38,478 nucleotides of DNA, from positions 1 to 38,478 of the forward strand of contig JANRJA010000159.1 of the NCBI GenBank assembly GCA_033764315.1. Direction: 5' to 3'. Under the pieces are notes generated by a model. The model worked only from the letters and a program-made list of their open reading frames with translations, had not been told where the DNA came from and searched no databases. Positions 19,145 to 30,072 of the stretch are shown in pieces; the stretch's first letter is position 1, and each line of letters begins with the position of its first letter. The position numbers and the translations under genes are program-made. The DNA is from Oculatellaceae cyanobacterium bins.114 (GTDB taxonomy: Bacteria > Cyanobacteriota > Cyanobacteriia > Elainellales > Elainellaceae).

Positions 19145-19334
19145 GGAATGTGGATTTAATAAACCGTAATTCTTTTGAAAGGGCATCGTTCGGAGGAGCT
19201 CACCCCGAAGTCTTACCCATCCAAGTGGGTGAGGACAGCTTAAAGTGCTGAATATCATCCCATCACTCCCAGTTCTCGACTCACTCCCAGTTTTTGACTC
19301 ACTCTTCAATTTTCATAATTCTCTTTGCTTTTAG

Positions 19335-19383
19335 CCTTCATCCTTCATCCTTCATCCTTCATCCTTCATCCTTTCGCCTTCAT
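19335..19383 (+). repeat. STRR-type heptamer tandem repeat (CCTTCAT)x7
   Basis: Six exact units and one variant. The same unit family occurs near 13846-13862 and 24321-24402. Confidence 0.9.
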
Positions 19384-19409
19384 CCCTTCCTACTCCCCCT
19401 TTCCCCTCT

Positions 19410-19766
19410 ATGACCGCACTCTTTACCCATAAACTGGCTCGTAAAGACTTCCTAACCAGCTTAGGAATCTGGATGGCACTGGAAATGATCTCCTTTGTAT
19501 TCCTGCCCGCTCTGGGGCTTGTTGAACCCAATAGCAATTTGCAATCGTGGTTTTATGCCACCTTTCCCTTAGGCATCACAGGGGCTCTTTTAATTGGGTT
19601 TGGGTCAGGGTTTATAGCCGTCTCTAACCGCTATGGCACACGCTTGGTTAAAGCACTTAAAACTTTACTGGGAGAGATCATTAGCTTGATTGGCATCGTT
19701 GGCATTGCCTTTCCCTTGCTGGTAGGCTGTATGGAACTATTTGCAGGGATCTTCAAAAACCTATAG
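19410..19766 (+). CDS. Small hypothetical membrane protein (about 3 TM)
   Basis: 118-aa ORF with three hydrophobic segments and no recognised motif. Confidence 0.65.
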   Translation: MTALFTHKLARKDFLTSLGIWMALEMISFVFLPALGLVEPNSNLQSWFYATFPLGITGALLIGFGSGFIAVSNRYGTRLVKALKTLLGEIISLIGIVGIAFPLLVGCMELFAGIFKNL

Positions 19767-19876
19767 TCCACCTCGCGAATGCTGTACGAAATTCTGTACG
19801 AAAAAAGGGGTGGAGCAAGAGGACGGTGTTGTACCTGCTCAGCCCAAATTTTTGGCTTTTAAGAGCACTACTCTCT

Positions 19877-19981
19877 TATAGCTTTGGTCAGAAAGCTTAC
19901 GACAAAGGCAATGGCTCAAATCCTGATGCTGGGAAAGCTTTCTGACTCGCCTCCGCCCTATCGAATGGGGCTACGGCTATA
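19877..19981 (+). mobile_element. 105-bp TATAGC...GCTATA MITE, copy 1
   Basis: Near-identical to 35559-35663. TA-flanked ends and internal IR GTCAGAAAGCTT/AAGCTTTCTGAC. Confidence 0.85.
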
Positions 19982-20152
19982 TCTGCTTAATTCTAAAATT
20001 CTGAATCTATAGCAGTACCCTGCTGGGTGAAGTACGGGATGCAGGAGTTTTGTCATCAAGCTCAACTGGTGAAATCCTCGACCACCGCAAGCCCTCAAGA
20101 CTTCTTGTACTAAAGCCACTTGTGTACTAAAGCCACTTGCACTAACGAAGCA

Positions 20153-21079
20153 CTAGTTGGAAGTTTCAGGTGGCTTATAAACCTGAAGCACCATTCCTTC
20201 GCGTGCTAGTTGCACATTAGAGAAGCGTGACTGCACTTCAGTCTCAACCTTGTCTAACCAATCATCTTCATGAGCCGGGTCATGATGAAAGATGATGACT
20301 TGTTTAACCTTGGCAGCGATCGCCACTTCAATGCTGGCTAACCAAGTCTCTAGTTGCCAAACCCCAGATGCTGCTTCAGGGGCATAGTAGGTGTGATCCG
20401 CGTAGACAGCGTCAAAAATCAGCACATCCGCTTGGTGCGCTAGATAACGCAAGCTTTGCTCAATTCGCTCAGGAGAATGCTCTGTATCAGTGGCATACAC
20501 AACGGAGTGTCCATTCCAAGTGACTCGATATCCCAAGGCACTATTGGGTCGATTCAGTGAAATAGTTTCGATAACGACATCATCTAGAGTGATGACTTCT
20601 CCGGGTGCAATGTTGTGAAAGGTTAGATTAGACTGCATCATCTGCAACGTCACTGGGAAGTGAGGACGCAGCATTTGATCGGTTAATCGTTGTTTAATGG
20701 ATGCTCCATTTAAGCCAGTCGCCCCATAAATATGAAAATGGTTATCTGGCACAAACGCTGGGATAAAAAACGGAAATCCTTGAATGCGATCCCAATGGGT
20801 GTGGGTAAAAAACAGATGAGCCTCAACAGGCATCTGAGACAACAAGTTTTTACCTAAGGCTCTTAACCCAGTTCCACCATCAAAAATGAGCCGCTTACCC
20901 CCTACCTTTAGCTCAACGCACGCTGTATTACCGCCATATCGAACGGTTTCCTTGCCAGGAGTGGGGATACTACCTCGCACTCCCCAAAACTCCACCAAAA
21001 ACTGATCAGCATCCACATTTACTTGGATGTCAGGGTCAACAGATGGTTTGCTCGTACCAGTAGGGTTCAGGCTTGGCAT
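20153..21079 (-). CDS. MBL-fold metallo-hydrolase-like protein with degenerate metal ligands
   Basis: FWGVRGSIPTPG, YGGNTAC, DGGTG, THTHWDRIQG, YATDTEH and FHHDP. Confidence 0.85.
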   Translation of the reverse strand: MPSLNPTGTSKPSVDPDIQVNVDADQFLVEFWGVRGSIPTPGKETVRYGGNTACVELKVGGKRLIFDGGTGLRALGKNLLSQMPVEAHLFFTHTHWDRIQGFPFFIPAFVPDNHFHIYGATGLNGASIKQRLTDQMLRPHFPVTLQMMQSNLTFHNIAPGEVITLDDVVIETISLNRPNSALGYRVTWNGHSVVYATDTEHSPERIEQSLRYLAHQADVLIFDAVYADHTYYAPEAASGVWQLETWLASIEVAIAAKVKQVIIFHHDPAHEDDWLDKVETEVQSRFSNVQLAREGMVLQVYKPPETSN

Positions 21080-21688
21080 GTCTAATTTAACTAACCCGTG
21101 CTTAGCAGTTCATGGTATCGAAAAAAAATCAGAAGGACGAGCCCTCTACCTCAACCCATTTATAACAATGATAGATTCCCTGCCGACATCAACATAGCGG
21201 GATATGGAGTAGTAGGGGTTACACCTCTCATACCAGCGTTCTGACACAGTCGGATCTTACAACCCAACTTTTCCCGCCTATACCAGGTATATACTGATGT
21301 AACTTTTAGCATCGGGAAGCAGAATGATGAATCTTTCTAGTGAGAGATGAATTTTATCTAAGACCTGATTGTCACCAGCCTAACTCTAGAAATGCCAAGA
21401 TGCCTCCCCCAATTAGTGGTAACAGGCAGGTAACGAGAGATACATCAGAAAAAACGCTTAATTTAATTGAAGGACTTACGCCACTACTCCCAAACCTGTT
21501 CGGTTGGGTCGGCATTGGCTCACAAACCTGTTGGCTACTACATCCAAGGAGTGTGAATCTAACTTGCCATAGCCTGCGTAAGTCCTAATGTGCTGTAGAT
21601 GCTAACGTCTTTAGTAGGATAGCAAATTGCTTCAACAGAGTCATAAACTGTGTCACAACTGTGTCGAAGAACGCATTAGCCTTCTATT

Positions 21689-22201
21689 TTACTTCTTTGC
21701 AGCCGCAATGCAGGCTTCTACCAAAGGCATGACCTGGTCTACGTCTTTCCACCCCAAAATTTCAGTGACCTTCTTCTCTAGATTTTTGTAGGTTCTAAAG
21801 AATTCTGCAATTTCGTCGAGTCGATGAGGAGCAACATCTTTCAGAGATTTGACTTGGGTGTATCGGGGATCTTTGTCAGGAACACACAGAATTTTTTCGT
21901 CGCGATCGCCCCCATCAATCATCTCCAGCATCCCAATAGGACGGGCTGCAATAACGCACCCAGGGAAAGTAGGTTGATCCATCATCACCATTCCATCCAG
22001 GGGATCACCATCATCCGCCAAGGTATTGGGCACAAAGCCATAGTCAAAGGGATACTGCACGGAGGCAAAAAGCACTCGGTCGAGGGCAAATGCTTCTAGA
22101 TCTTTGTCAAATTCATACTTGTTTTTGCTGCCGCCTGGAATTTCAATCAAAACGTTGAGTAAACCAGGTTTGGGTTGAGGGGCAATGCGAGATAAATCCA
22201 C
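21689..22201 (-). CDS. ppa: Family I soluble inorganic pyrophosphatase
   Basis: [29 protein letters not shown] and FFRTYKNLE. Confidence 0.96.
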   Translation of the reverse strand: MDLSRIAPQPKPGLLNVLIEIPGGSKNKYEFDKDLEAFALDRVLFASVQYPFDYGFVPNTLADDGDPLDGMVMMDQPTFPGCVIAARPIGMLEMIDGGDRDEKILCVPDKDPRYTQVKSLKDVAPHRLDEIAEFFRTYKNLEKKVTEILGWKDVDQVMPLVEACIAAAKK

Positions 22202-22451
22202 AACTGTGTCTCCAAGCTAAAAGGAAGCGGTTTATGAGAATGGGTTATTTACCATCACTCCCGAATAGCATTTTACGGCGTTGCGGAACGCAGCAAATCT
22301 TAACCCCACAATCATTATTTGAGAGCGATCCAAATTACATGCCATTCCGCAGATCGGTAGGGGCAATATATCAGAATTACAACAAGCAGGTGTATGTGGG
22401 TGGCAGATTCGGCTAGCTACCCACACAACAACTTAAAGTCTGACCTACTAA

Positions 22452-22628
22452 CTATTTGTCGAGATTAGCAGGAGGAGACAAGAGAACTGACGATTCTACA
22501 GATGAGAAGTGAGCGATCGCCATGATTGGCATAATCAAGGTCAGTAGCGCAATGAGTGTACCAATGACATCAGCAAATCGCGAATACGTTCGTCCTGGAG
22601 GGTTTTCAGTTCGACTACCAGATTCCAT
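22452..22628 (-). CDS. 58-aa single-TM small protein upstream of ppa
   Basis: Below the ORF-track cutoff. Reads MESGSRTENPPGRTYSRFADVIGTLIALLTLIMPIMAIAHFSSVESSVLLSPPANLDK, with a clean TM helix and an in-frame HIP1 site. Confidence 0.65.
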   Translation of the reverse strand: MESGSRTENPPGRTYSRFADVIGTLIALLTLIMPIMAIAHFSSVESSVLLSPPANLDK

Positions 22629-22986
22629 AAATTAAGCTTTTAGTGAGCTAGCTTCAGTAACTGTTTTACTAAAGCATGAGCAATTGAGAAACATCTTACC
22701 GTTCTTATTCTAGCAATTTCTTTTCAAAAGAAAATTTAGGTAAGAGGGCGGTAATCCGTAATTCTTTAACTCTAGCTAAGACCTTTGAGATCATCATCCG
22801 TAAAGGTGCGGTAGCGAATTAAGGGAGATGCATAGATTTTTACTTAGATGTTGTCGTCATTTTGTCAAGCACTTCACAAATAATAACGCTGGATGATTGA
22901 AGGAAATATGCTAGATCGCCCACTCCACAAGGGTTTGAAGTATATCCGTATTGTAACAATAATAAAAACTGCTGTAAGCTAGGTAG

Positions 22987-24309
<1,323 letters not shown>

Positions 24310-24320
24310 GTGATTTGGAA

Positions 24321-24402
24321 AGGATGAAGGATAAAGGATAAAGGATAAAACCTAGAGCGTTTGTCCTGATTTCTTATCCTTCATCTTCAGCCTTGATCCT
24401 TT
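24321..24402. repeat. Inverted STRR heptamer arrays (AAGGATA/G versus TCCTTCA) forming a hairpin after ahcY
   Basis: AAGGATGAAGGATAAAGGATAAAGGATAAA ... TTATCCTTCATCTTCAGCCTTGATCCTTT. Confidence 0.65.
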
Positions 24403-24428
24403 AAAACTTAATCTAAGGAATCAGCAAG

Positions 24429-25046
24429 ATGTCAGAGTGGATTACCAATTGGATTACCAACACGATGGAATCGTTGGGATATGTAGGAATTGGTCTGCTC
24501 ATGTTTCTGGAAAATGTGTTTCCCCCCATTCCCTCAGAGCTGATCATGCCGTTAGCTGGTTTTACAGTTGCTAAAGGTAATATGGAACTGGTTCCGGCGA
24601 TCGCCGCTGGCGTGATTGGCACCATGTTGGGCGCATTACCGTGGTATTACATTGGCAAGTTTGTCGGTGAAGACCGACTGCGGAACTGGGCAGATCGGTA
24701 TGGCAAGTGGCTGGGGATCACCGGGGAAGATATTACGAAATCCAAACAGTGGTTTTATCGACACGGCACTAAAGCCGTTTTTTTCTGCCGTCTGGTGCCA
24801 GGAGTGCGAACGATGATCTCTCTGCCTGCTGGGTTTAGCGGGATGGCGATCGCTCCGTTTTTGATTTACTCAACCTTAGGAACCTTAGCCTGGGTCGGGT
24901 TACTCACCTTTGCTGGATATCTATTGGGTGAGAACTACAACCTGGTCGATGAATATTTAGCTCCAGTCTCTAAGATCGTCTTGCTGGCTCTTGTAATCGC
25001 GTTTGTGGTTTGGATTGTCCGACGACAGCGGCGATCGACTCAGTAA
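24429..25046 (+). CDS. DedA family membrane protein
   Basis: LENVFPPIPSELIMPLAGF and FFCRLVPGVRTMISLPAG. Confidence 0.93.
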   Translation: MSEWITNWITNTMESLGYVGIGLLMFLENVFPPIPSELIMPLAGFTVAKGNMELVPAIAAGVIGTMLGALPWYYIGKFVGEDRLRNWADRYGKWLGITGEDITKSKQWFYRHGTKAVFFCRLVPGVRTMISLPAGFSGMAIAPFLIYSTLGTLAWVGLLTFAGYLLGENYNLVDEYLAPVSKIVLLALVIAFVVWIVRRQRRSTQ

Positions 25047-25063
25047 GACAGTTGCCCAATCGA

Positions 25064-26269
25064 TTAGGTCTCTTCAAATAGTCGGGTCAATACTACGTTA
25101 GAAAACAGAAATCCTTCGGGATCGGTGAGGCGAATTCGTCGGTTACGACATGATTCTGAATCTATCTCCACCCAGCCTTGTTGTTGATAGGGTTGTACGC
25201 GCTGTAAGAGTTGCTGCACCTGCACTTCGCCAAACTGCTGTTGCAATGCAGTGAGGCTAATGCCTTCAGCGAGGCGCAATCCCAACATCAAGGTGTCGAG
25301 CAAGACTTCATCCGAGGGAGTGATTGGGCAATCGATCGTGCCATGATGATCTGCCAAGGCTTGTACCCACTGAAAGTATTCCTGCCGTTTGCGGGGACGG
25401 GTAAAGCGTTGACCCAAAACATAGCTGGCGGCCCCCATGCCAAACCCGTAATAGGGTTGGTTTTCCCAATAGACCCGATTGTGGCGACATTGATAGCCCG
25501 GTTTGGCGTAATTAGAGATTTCATAATGGTCGTACCCGGCCTGAGTTAGTCGTTGTTGCGCCAATCGATACATCTCAGCCGTAGCGACATCAGAAGGCAG
25601 GGGCGATTCACCAGGTTGATACCAGCGACCAAAGGCAGTTACAGGCTCCACAATTAGATCGTAGACAGAGAGATGCGTTGGGGCGATCGCGATCGCTGCC
25701 TCAACTGATGCGTGCCAAGTTTCTAAGGTTTGGTGGGGCAACCCTGAAATCAGGTCGAGGCTAAAGTTTGATACCCCAACCTGGTGGATCAGGGCGATCG
25801 CCTCATATACATCTGCTACGGTATGCGTACGTCCACAAGCTTGCAGTTGCTCAGTTTGAAAGGATTGCACCCCCAAACTGACTCGATTGATCCCAGCGGC
25901 GCAATACCCCTTGAGGTGAGACAGGTCAAAGGTGCCAGGGTCCATCTCAATCGAAATTTCGGCACTAGGCGCAATCTCAAAGTGGCGATCGAGGGTTTCG
26001 AGAATCCGTTCTAATTGTGCAACAGATAGTAACGAAGGTGTGCCACCTCCAAAAAAAACGGTTTGGAGAGGTTTCCCCTGAGCAGGAGTTGTTCTAACTT
26101 CATGGCAGAGGGCTTCAACGTATTGGGCGATCGCCCCTGAAGTCTCTCCTCTAGCGTGATCCCCGACGATTGAGACGGGAAAATCACAGTAAAAACATCG
26201 ACGCCGACAAAACGGGATGTGGAGGTAGGCTGCTGTGGGAGCTGTCAATGGCGAGATTTCACGAAACAA
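25064..26269 (-). CDS. hemW: Radical SAM heme chaperone HemW (HemN-like)
   Basis: YLHIPFCRRRCFYCDF, FGGGTPS, YEISNY and HNRVYW. Confidence 0.92.
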   Translation of the reverse strand: MFREISPLTAPTAAYLHIPFCRRRCFYCDFPVSIVGDHARGETSGAIAQYVEALCHEVRTTPAQGKPLQTVFFGGGTPSLLSVAQLERILETLDRHFEIAPSAEISIEMDPGTFDLSHLKGYCAAGINRVSLGVQSFQTEQLQACGRTHTVADVYEAIALIHQVGVSNFSLDLISGLPHQTLETWHASVEAAIAIAPTHLSVYDLIVEPVTAFGRWYQPGESPLPSDVATAEMYRLAQQRLTQAGYDHYEISNYAKPGYQCRHNRVYWENQPYYGFGMGAASYVLGQRFTRPRKRQEYFQWVQALADHHGTIDCPITPSDEVLLDTLMLGLRLAEGISLTALQQQFGEVQVQQLLQRVQPYQQQGWVEIDSESCRNRRIRLTDPEGFLFSNVVLTRLFEET

Positions 26270-26479
26270 TTGATTGATTAAGCATTCTAGACAGAGCGAT
26301 ATAATAAAGCCATTATTACGCGGCTGAGTTTTGTTCTACCTAGCCTCTGTTGATCAGAGCATTTGACCCACTAGCCTAGAACCTGCTCGGCATATGCCTA
26401 AGCTCAATGGGGCACTTCACAAAAATGTCGAGAGCCACCATTGACAACTGCACCTCAAATCCAAATTTGGATTAAAACC

Positions 26480-27574
26480 ATGCTTGACGCAATCATAATT
26501 ATTTCATTCATCATAGCAGGGGCAGGGGTAGGCTTTTATGGTGTTGATCTGTTGCCCGGTGATGCCCTAAATCAGGTGACTAGCCTGGAGGGGTTGAGCT
26601 TTGTGACGGGTGGCTTTGGAGCGATTATTGGAATTGCCCTTGGGCTAGTGGCACAGACAGGCTACCGTCGCCTAGAACGTCAAATTCGGGAGATGCCCGT
26701 TGATGTTCTCTTAAGCCGCTCAGTAGGATTGGTGATCGGCTTACTTGTTGCTAACTTGATGCTAGCACCCTTGTTTTTATTACCGATCCCCAGTGAGTTT
26801 GCCTTCATCAAACCCTTGACCGCTGTCTTGGGAAGCCTTTTATTTGCCTTCTCAGGGATGAACCTGGCCGATGCTCACGGTCGTACGCTGTTGCGTTTGA
26901 TCAACCCCAATAGTGTCGAAACTCTTTTAGTCAGTGAAGGAACTCTCAAACCGGCAACTTCTAAAATTCTTGATACCAGTTGTATTATTGATGGACGCAT
27001 TGAGGATATTTTAAGCACTGGATTTTTAGAGGGTCAGCTCTTGGTACCTCAGTTTGTGTTGCAAGAGTTGCAACGGGTGGCAGACGCCTCCAGTGATCAA
27101 AAGCGAGTGCGGGGACGACGGGGTCTAGATATTTTGAACCGTGTTCGTCAATCTTATCCACAGCGAGTGCTTATTCATCCTGCGGATTACGATGATATTG
27201 CAACGGTAGATGCGAAGTTAGTGCGGTTGGCACAAGAGATCAACGGTGCTCTGTTGACTAATGACTATAACCTCAACAAAGTTGCTAGCTTACAGAATGT
27301 TTGTGTGCTCAATATTAATGATTTGGCGCAAGCGATTCGTCCCAATTACTTGCCTGGGGATGGCATTGACCTGAAGATTCTTAAGCAAGGTAAAGAACCT
27401 GACCAGGGCGTGGGCTATCTCAATGACGGCACAATGGTCGTTGTTGAAGATGGTGGAAACTACATTGGGGATGAGTTGTGTGTCGTTGTAACGGGGGCAC
27501 TGCAAACCTCAGCGGGTCGGATGATTTTTGCACGACCTCAAACGTCAGCTGTGGCAAATGCATCGTCAGATTAG
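26480..27574 (+). CDS. PIN/TRAM domain membrane protein (YacL-like)
   Basis: N-terminal TMs, ILDTSCIIDGR, RGRRGLDIL, TNDYNLNKVA, GVGYLNDGTMVVV and QTSAGRMIFA. Start set at MLDAII. Confidence 0.92.
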   Translation: MLDAIIIISFIIAGAGVGFYGVDLLPGDALNQVTSLEGLSFVTGGFGAIIGIALGLVAQTGYRRLERQIREMPVDVLLSRSVGLVIGLLVANLMLAPLFLLPIPSEFAFIKPLTAVLGSLLFAFSGMNLADAHGRTLLRLINPNSVETLLVSEGTLKPATSKILDTSCIIDGRIEDILSTGFLEGQLLVPQFVLQELQRVADASSDQKRVRGRRGLDILNRVRQSYPQRVLIHPADYDDIATVDAKLVRLAQEINGALLTNDYNLNKVASLQNVCVLNINDLAQAIRPNYLPGDGIDLKILKQGKEPDQGVGYLNDGTMVVVEDGGNYIGDELCVVVTGALQTSAGRMIFARPQTSAVANASSD

Positions 27575-27676
27575 AGAGTGCTGAGTCAGGGTGGGCTACG
27601 TTTTACGAGAGGTGCTGAGTCAAGATTAGTCAATGGTCACACAACCAGGAACTATTGACCATTCAGCATTGACCCA

Positions 27677-28270
27677 TCACGTTAGTGCCTGACCACAATT
27701 AGAACAGAAGCGATGCGAAGCTGTTCCCCCTGTGGGGTAATCGCCCTCTTTAATGGCTCCACCACACTGCGGACAAAAGCGGTTGCCCGTTGCAGATTGA
27801 GCAGGCTTGCCGTCTCCCATCTTGAGTTCCATATTGCCCATCCGCATTTGCATGGGACTCATCTGCATTTCCATGTCTCCCATTCGCATGGGTTGCATCG
27901 GCTGCATGGGTTGCATCGGTGACATAGAACTGATCGGAGTAGCTTCACTCTGTTGTAGTGGCAGCACCTTCGCATTGGCCAATGATGGTGGCGTTGTTAG
28001 CACTTGCAGTTGCCCTGCTTGAATGGTAATAAACGTTTGCCCTTGCCCAGACTCGATCCGCAATATCAACCCCATTGAAGTTTGAAAGAGTGTGGGGGGT
28101 ACGGTCCAGTTTCCGGTAGCAACACTAAGGCTCTGGCTCTGTTGTTGCCCCAAGCGACTGCTATTAAGAGTAAGCCGGGTTTGGGTGCCCTGCTGGTCAA
28201 TATAGAGTGATGCAAAGCCGTTTCCTTCAAGGGGTAATTGCCCGCTCCCTAGATTACAGATATATGCCAT
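27677..28270 (-). CDS. Met/Gln-rich protein with C-terminal zinc ribbon
   Basis: (MQP)n-MRMGDMEMQM-MRMGNMELKM repeats and CPQC...CSNC. Confidence 0.82.
   Translation of the reverse strand: MAYICNLGSGQLPLEGNGFASLYIDQQGTQTRLTLNSSRLGQQQSQSLSVATGNWTVPPTLFQTSMGLILRIESGQGQTFITIQAGQLQVLTTPPSLANAKVLPLQQSEATPISSMSPMQPMQPMQPMRMGDMEMQMSPMQMRMGNMELKMGDGKPAQSATGNRFCPQCGGAIKEGDYPTGGTASHRFCSNCGQALT
27715..27741 (+). mobile_element. 27-nt in-frame micro-insertion within a HIP1 site (SDR5-like), copy A
   Basis: GCGAT[GCGAAGCTGTTCCCCCTGTGGGGTAAT]CGC. Removal restores GCGATCGC. Confidence 0.8.
28212..28238 (+). mobile_element. 27-nt in-frame micro-insertion, copy B
   Basis: GTGAT[GCAAAGCCGTTTCCTTCAAGGGGTAAT]TGC. 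Removal gives the decayed HIP1 GTGATTGC. Confidence 0.75.
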
Positions 28271-28319
28271 AGTGCCCTTGCATTAAGTAGTTGTGTAGAT
28301 GAGTAGACTGAATGGCCGT

Positions 28320-28880
28320 TTACTCATCTAATGGCTGCAATTTTAACGCCTGTTCTAACTCTGCTAGTTCATCGCGATGACCAATCACTGTAATTAGTTG
28401 TTGGTTAGAAGGGGTTTCTGTTGCGGTTACTCCAGCAGCAGGGCTTTGCCTAGTCTCAATTTGCAGACGCACTTGCTCTGGGCGAGATGACTTTTTCCAA
28501 TAAAACACACCCGCCAACGGCGCAATCAACACTAACAACAGAAACCAGTTACCACCCCTTGGTGCTATGAACGACAAGACAAGTGACAAACAGAGCATGC
28601 CGATCGCCGCTAACAAGGTCAAAAAAATTGCCAAGAAAACACTAGGACGGACAAGCCCCTCAAAAATAATTTGATTTTGCTCTGCATCAACAGCTGCAAT
28701 CCGATAGGCTCTCTCTGTAAAATATCGCTCTAGCTGTTCGAGGAGTGAGGTCTCAGGTTGATTGGTGATTAATTTGGCAACTTGAATACGGTCTTTTGTA
28801 GAAGCTCGAATAAAGAACATCAGCCCAATTGCCAAAAGCACTGTGAGCAGAGCGGTAGAAGAAAGAACAGGAGTAACCAT
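28320..28880 (-). CDS. ccb1: Cofactor assembly of complex C subunit B (CCB1, cytochrome b6 heme ci maturation)
   Basis: LLAIGLMFFIRASTKDR, YF..RAY, FEGLVRPS, LAGVFYWKKSSR.E and GHRDEL. Start set at MVTPVL. Confidence 0.85.
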   Translation of the reverse strand: MVTPVLSSTALLTVLLAIGLMFFIRASTKDRIQVAKLITNQPETSLLEQLERYFTERAYRIAAVDAEQNQIIFEGLVRPSVFLAIFLTLLAAIGMLCLSLVLSFIAPRGGNWFLLLVLIAPLAGVFYWKKSSRPEQVRLQIETRQSPAAGVTATETPSNQQLITVIGHRDELAELEQALKLQPLDE

Positions 28881-29010
28881 AACCCTAAAATGAGGAGCAG
28901 ATAATGAGTGTTGGTTAAGTCCATTAAATAAGTCCGTCAAAACTCATCTGGACATCACCCAAAGATATTTCCCACAAACTTGATCGAGTTTGTGGAGATG
29001 CTTTTAGCAG

Positions 29011-29066
29011 AAGTGGGCAACATTCATCCTACTACCAAGCAGTAGCAAGATGAAGGCTGCCCACTT
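29011..29066. terminator. Long imperfect hairpin between pex and ccb1
   Basis: AAGTGGGCA..TTCATC.TACT...AGTA..GATGAA..TGCCCACTT, with a second IR CCACAAACT/AGTTTGTGG at 28972-28995. Confidence 0.5.
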
Positions 29067-29119
29067 TTTATGAGCGGTATCGTCTCGACATATAAGCGAT
29101 ACGTCGAATGACCACCCAA

Positions 29120-29500
29120 TTAGTGTTGTGGGGCTGGAGTTTGTCGTGATGCATAGCCATGCCATAAACGAGCAAGCTCTTGAGCCTTCTGTTGCCATTC
29201 TGGAGTGACTTGATACATACGTCTAGGACGCCCCCTGCCCTCAACTTTTTTCCAATAGCCTGTAATTGCAGCAGCATCTTCAAGAAACTTGAGTGCACTG
29301 TACAAAACAGTGTCAGAGAGGCGATATGTCGGGTATTCGCTCTCTAACAGTTGAATCAATTCTGTACCGTAGGAATCTTTACGGAGCAGAACATCCAACA
29401 CATAACAGACTGCCAATTCTTTATTGAGGTAGAACGGAGGTGGATTCCGGAAGAATTGGTAGATATCATCAAACGTTGTCATAGCTTCAAGCGTCTTCAT
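29120..29500 (-). CDS. pex: PadR-family circadian period extender Pex
   Basis: FDDIYQFF..PPP.YL.KELAVCYVL, SYGTELI, RLSDTVLYSALKFLE and GRGRPRRMY. Confidence 0.88.
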   Translation of the reverse strand: MKTLEAMTTFDDIYQFFRNPPPFYLNKELAVCYVLDVLLRKDSYGTELIQLLESEYPTYRLSDTVLYSALKFLEDAAAITGYWKKVEGRGRPRRMYQVTPEWQQKAQELARLWHGYASRQTPAPQH

Positions 29501-30072
29501 AAGGATATGTCCAACCGAATATGTTGGTCTAAATTGAGCAGGTGTAATCGCCTCATATTATCTAGGCTTGCATGATATTGGGGACGATTTTTTACCTTGT
29601 AACGCACACAATCGGGGGCAACATCTGCGTTACGGAAGGGAAACACAGTTTAAGGGAGGGAAATACAACTTTATTGAGTTTGAGCCTTCGATTAAGCCCT
29701 TAATTGACAGCTTTAGTTATTTTGATGGAGATAACAGTCAGCAGATTAGATGAACCGCTAGTTATTTAGTTTCAATCTGCTATTAGCTGTTTTGAAATCA
29801 ATACATCTTAACGAAAGAGAGTAAGACCATCCTTACATTAAGAGGAGATTGCTGTCCACAGAATAATAATCATTCTAGTCACTTAACCTACGTTCTGGGT
29901 CAGGTTTCAGAAGGATTTTCGTTGAACTTATAGATATAGATCTATAAACTTCTTATGAATTTTTAAACATACCTACAGATATATGGGAAATCATGGTGAT
30001 TTTTGTGAAACTTTTTTCAGTCTAAAGAAAGAGGAAAACCCCGTTTGCTTGAGGTAAACCAAGCAATTACTT

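Noticed and set aside
19263..20144. Short direct repeats (TCACTCCCAGTT.. x2-3 and GTACTAAAGCCACTTG x2) as a CRISPR array
   Set aside because: The units are tandem without unique spacers, too short and too few, and there are no cas genes.
21209..21222. GTA-N8-TAC upstream of the MBL gene as an NtcA site
   Set aside because: The spacer is G-rich with incomplete flanks, and such 6-bp matches occur often by chance.
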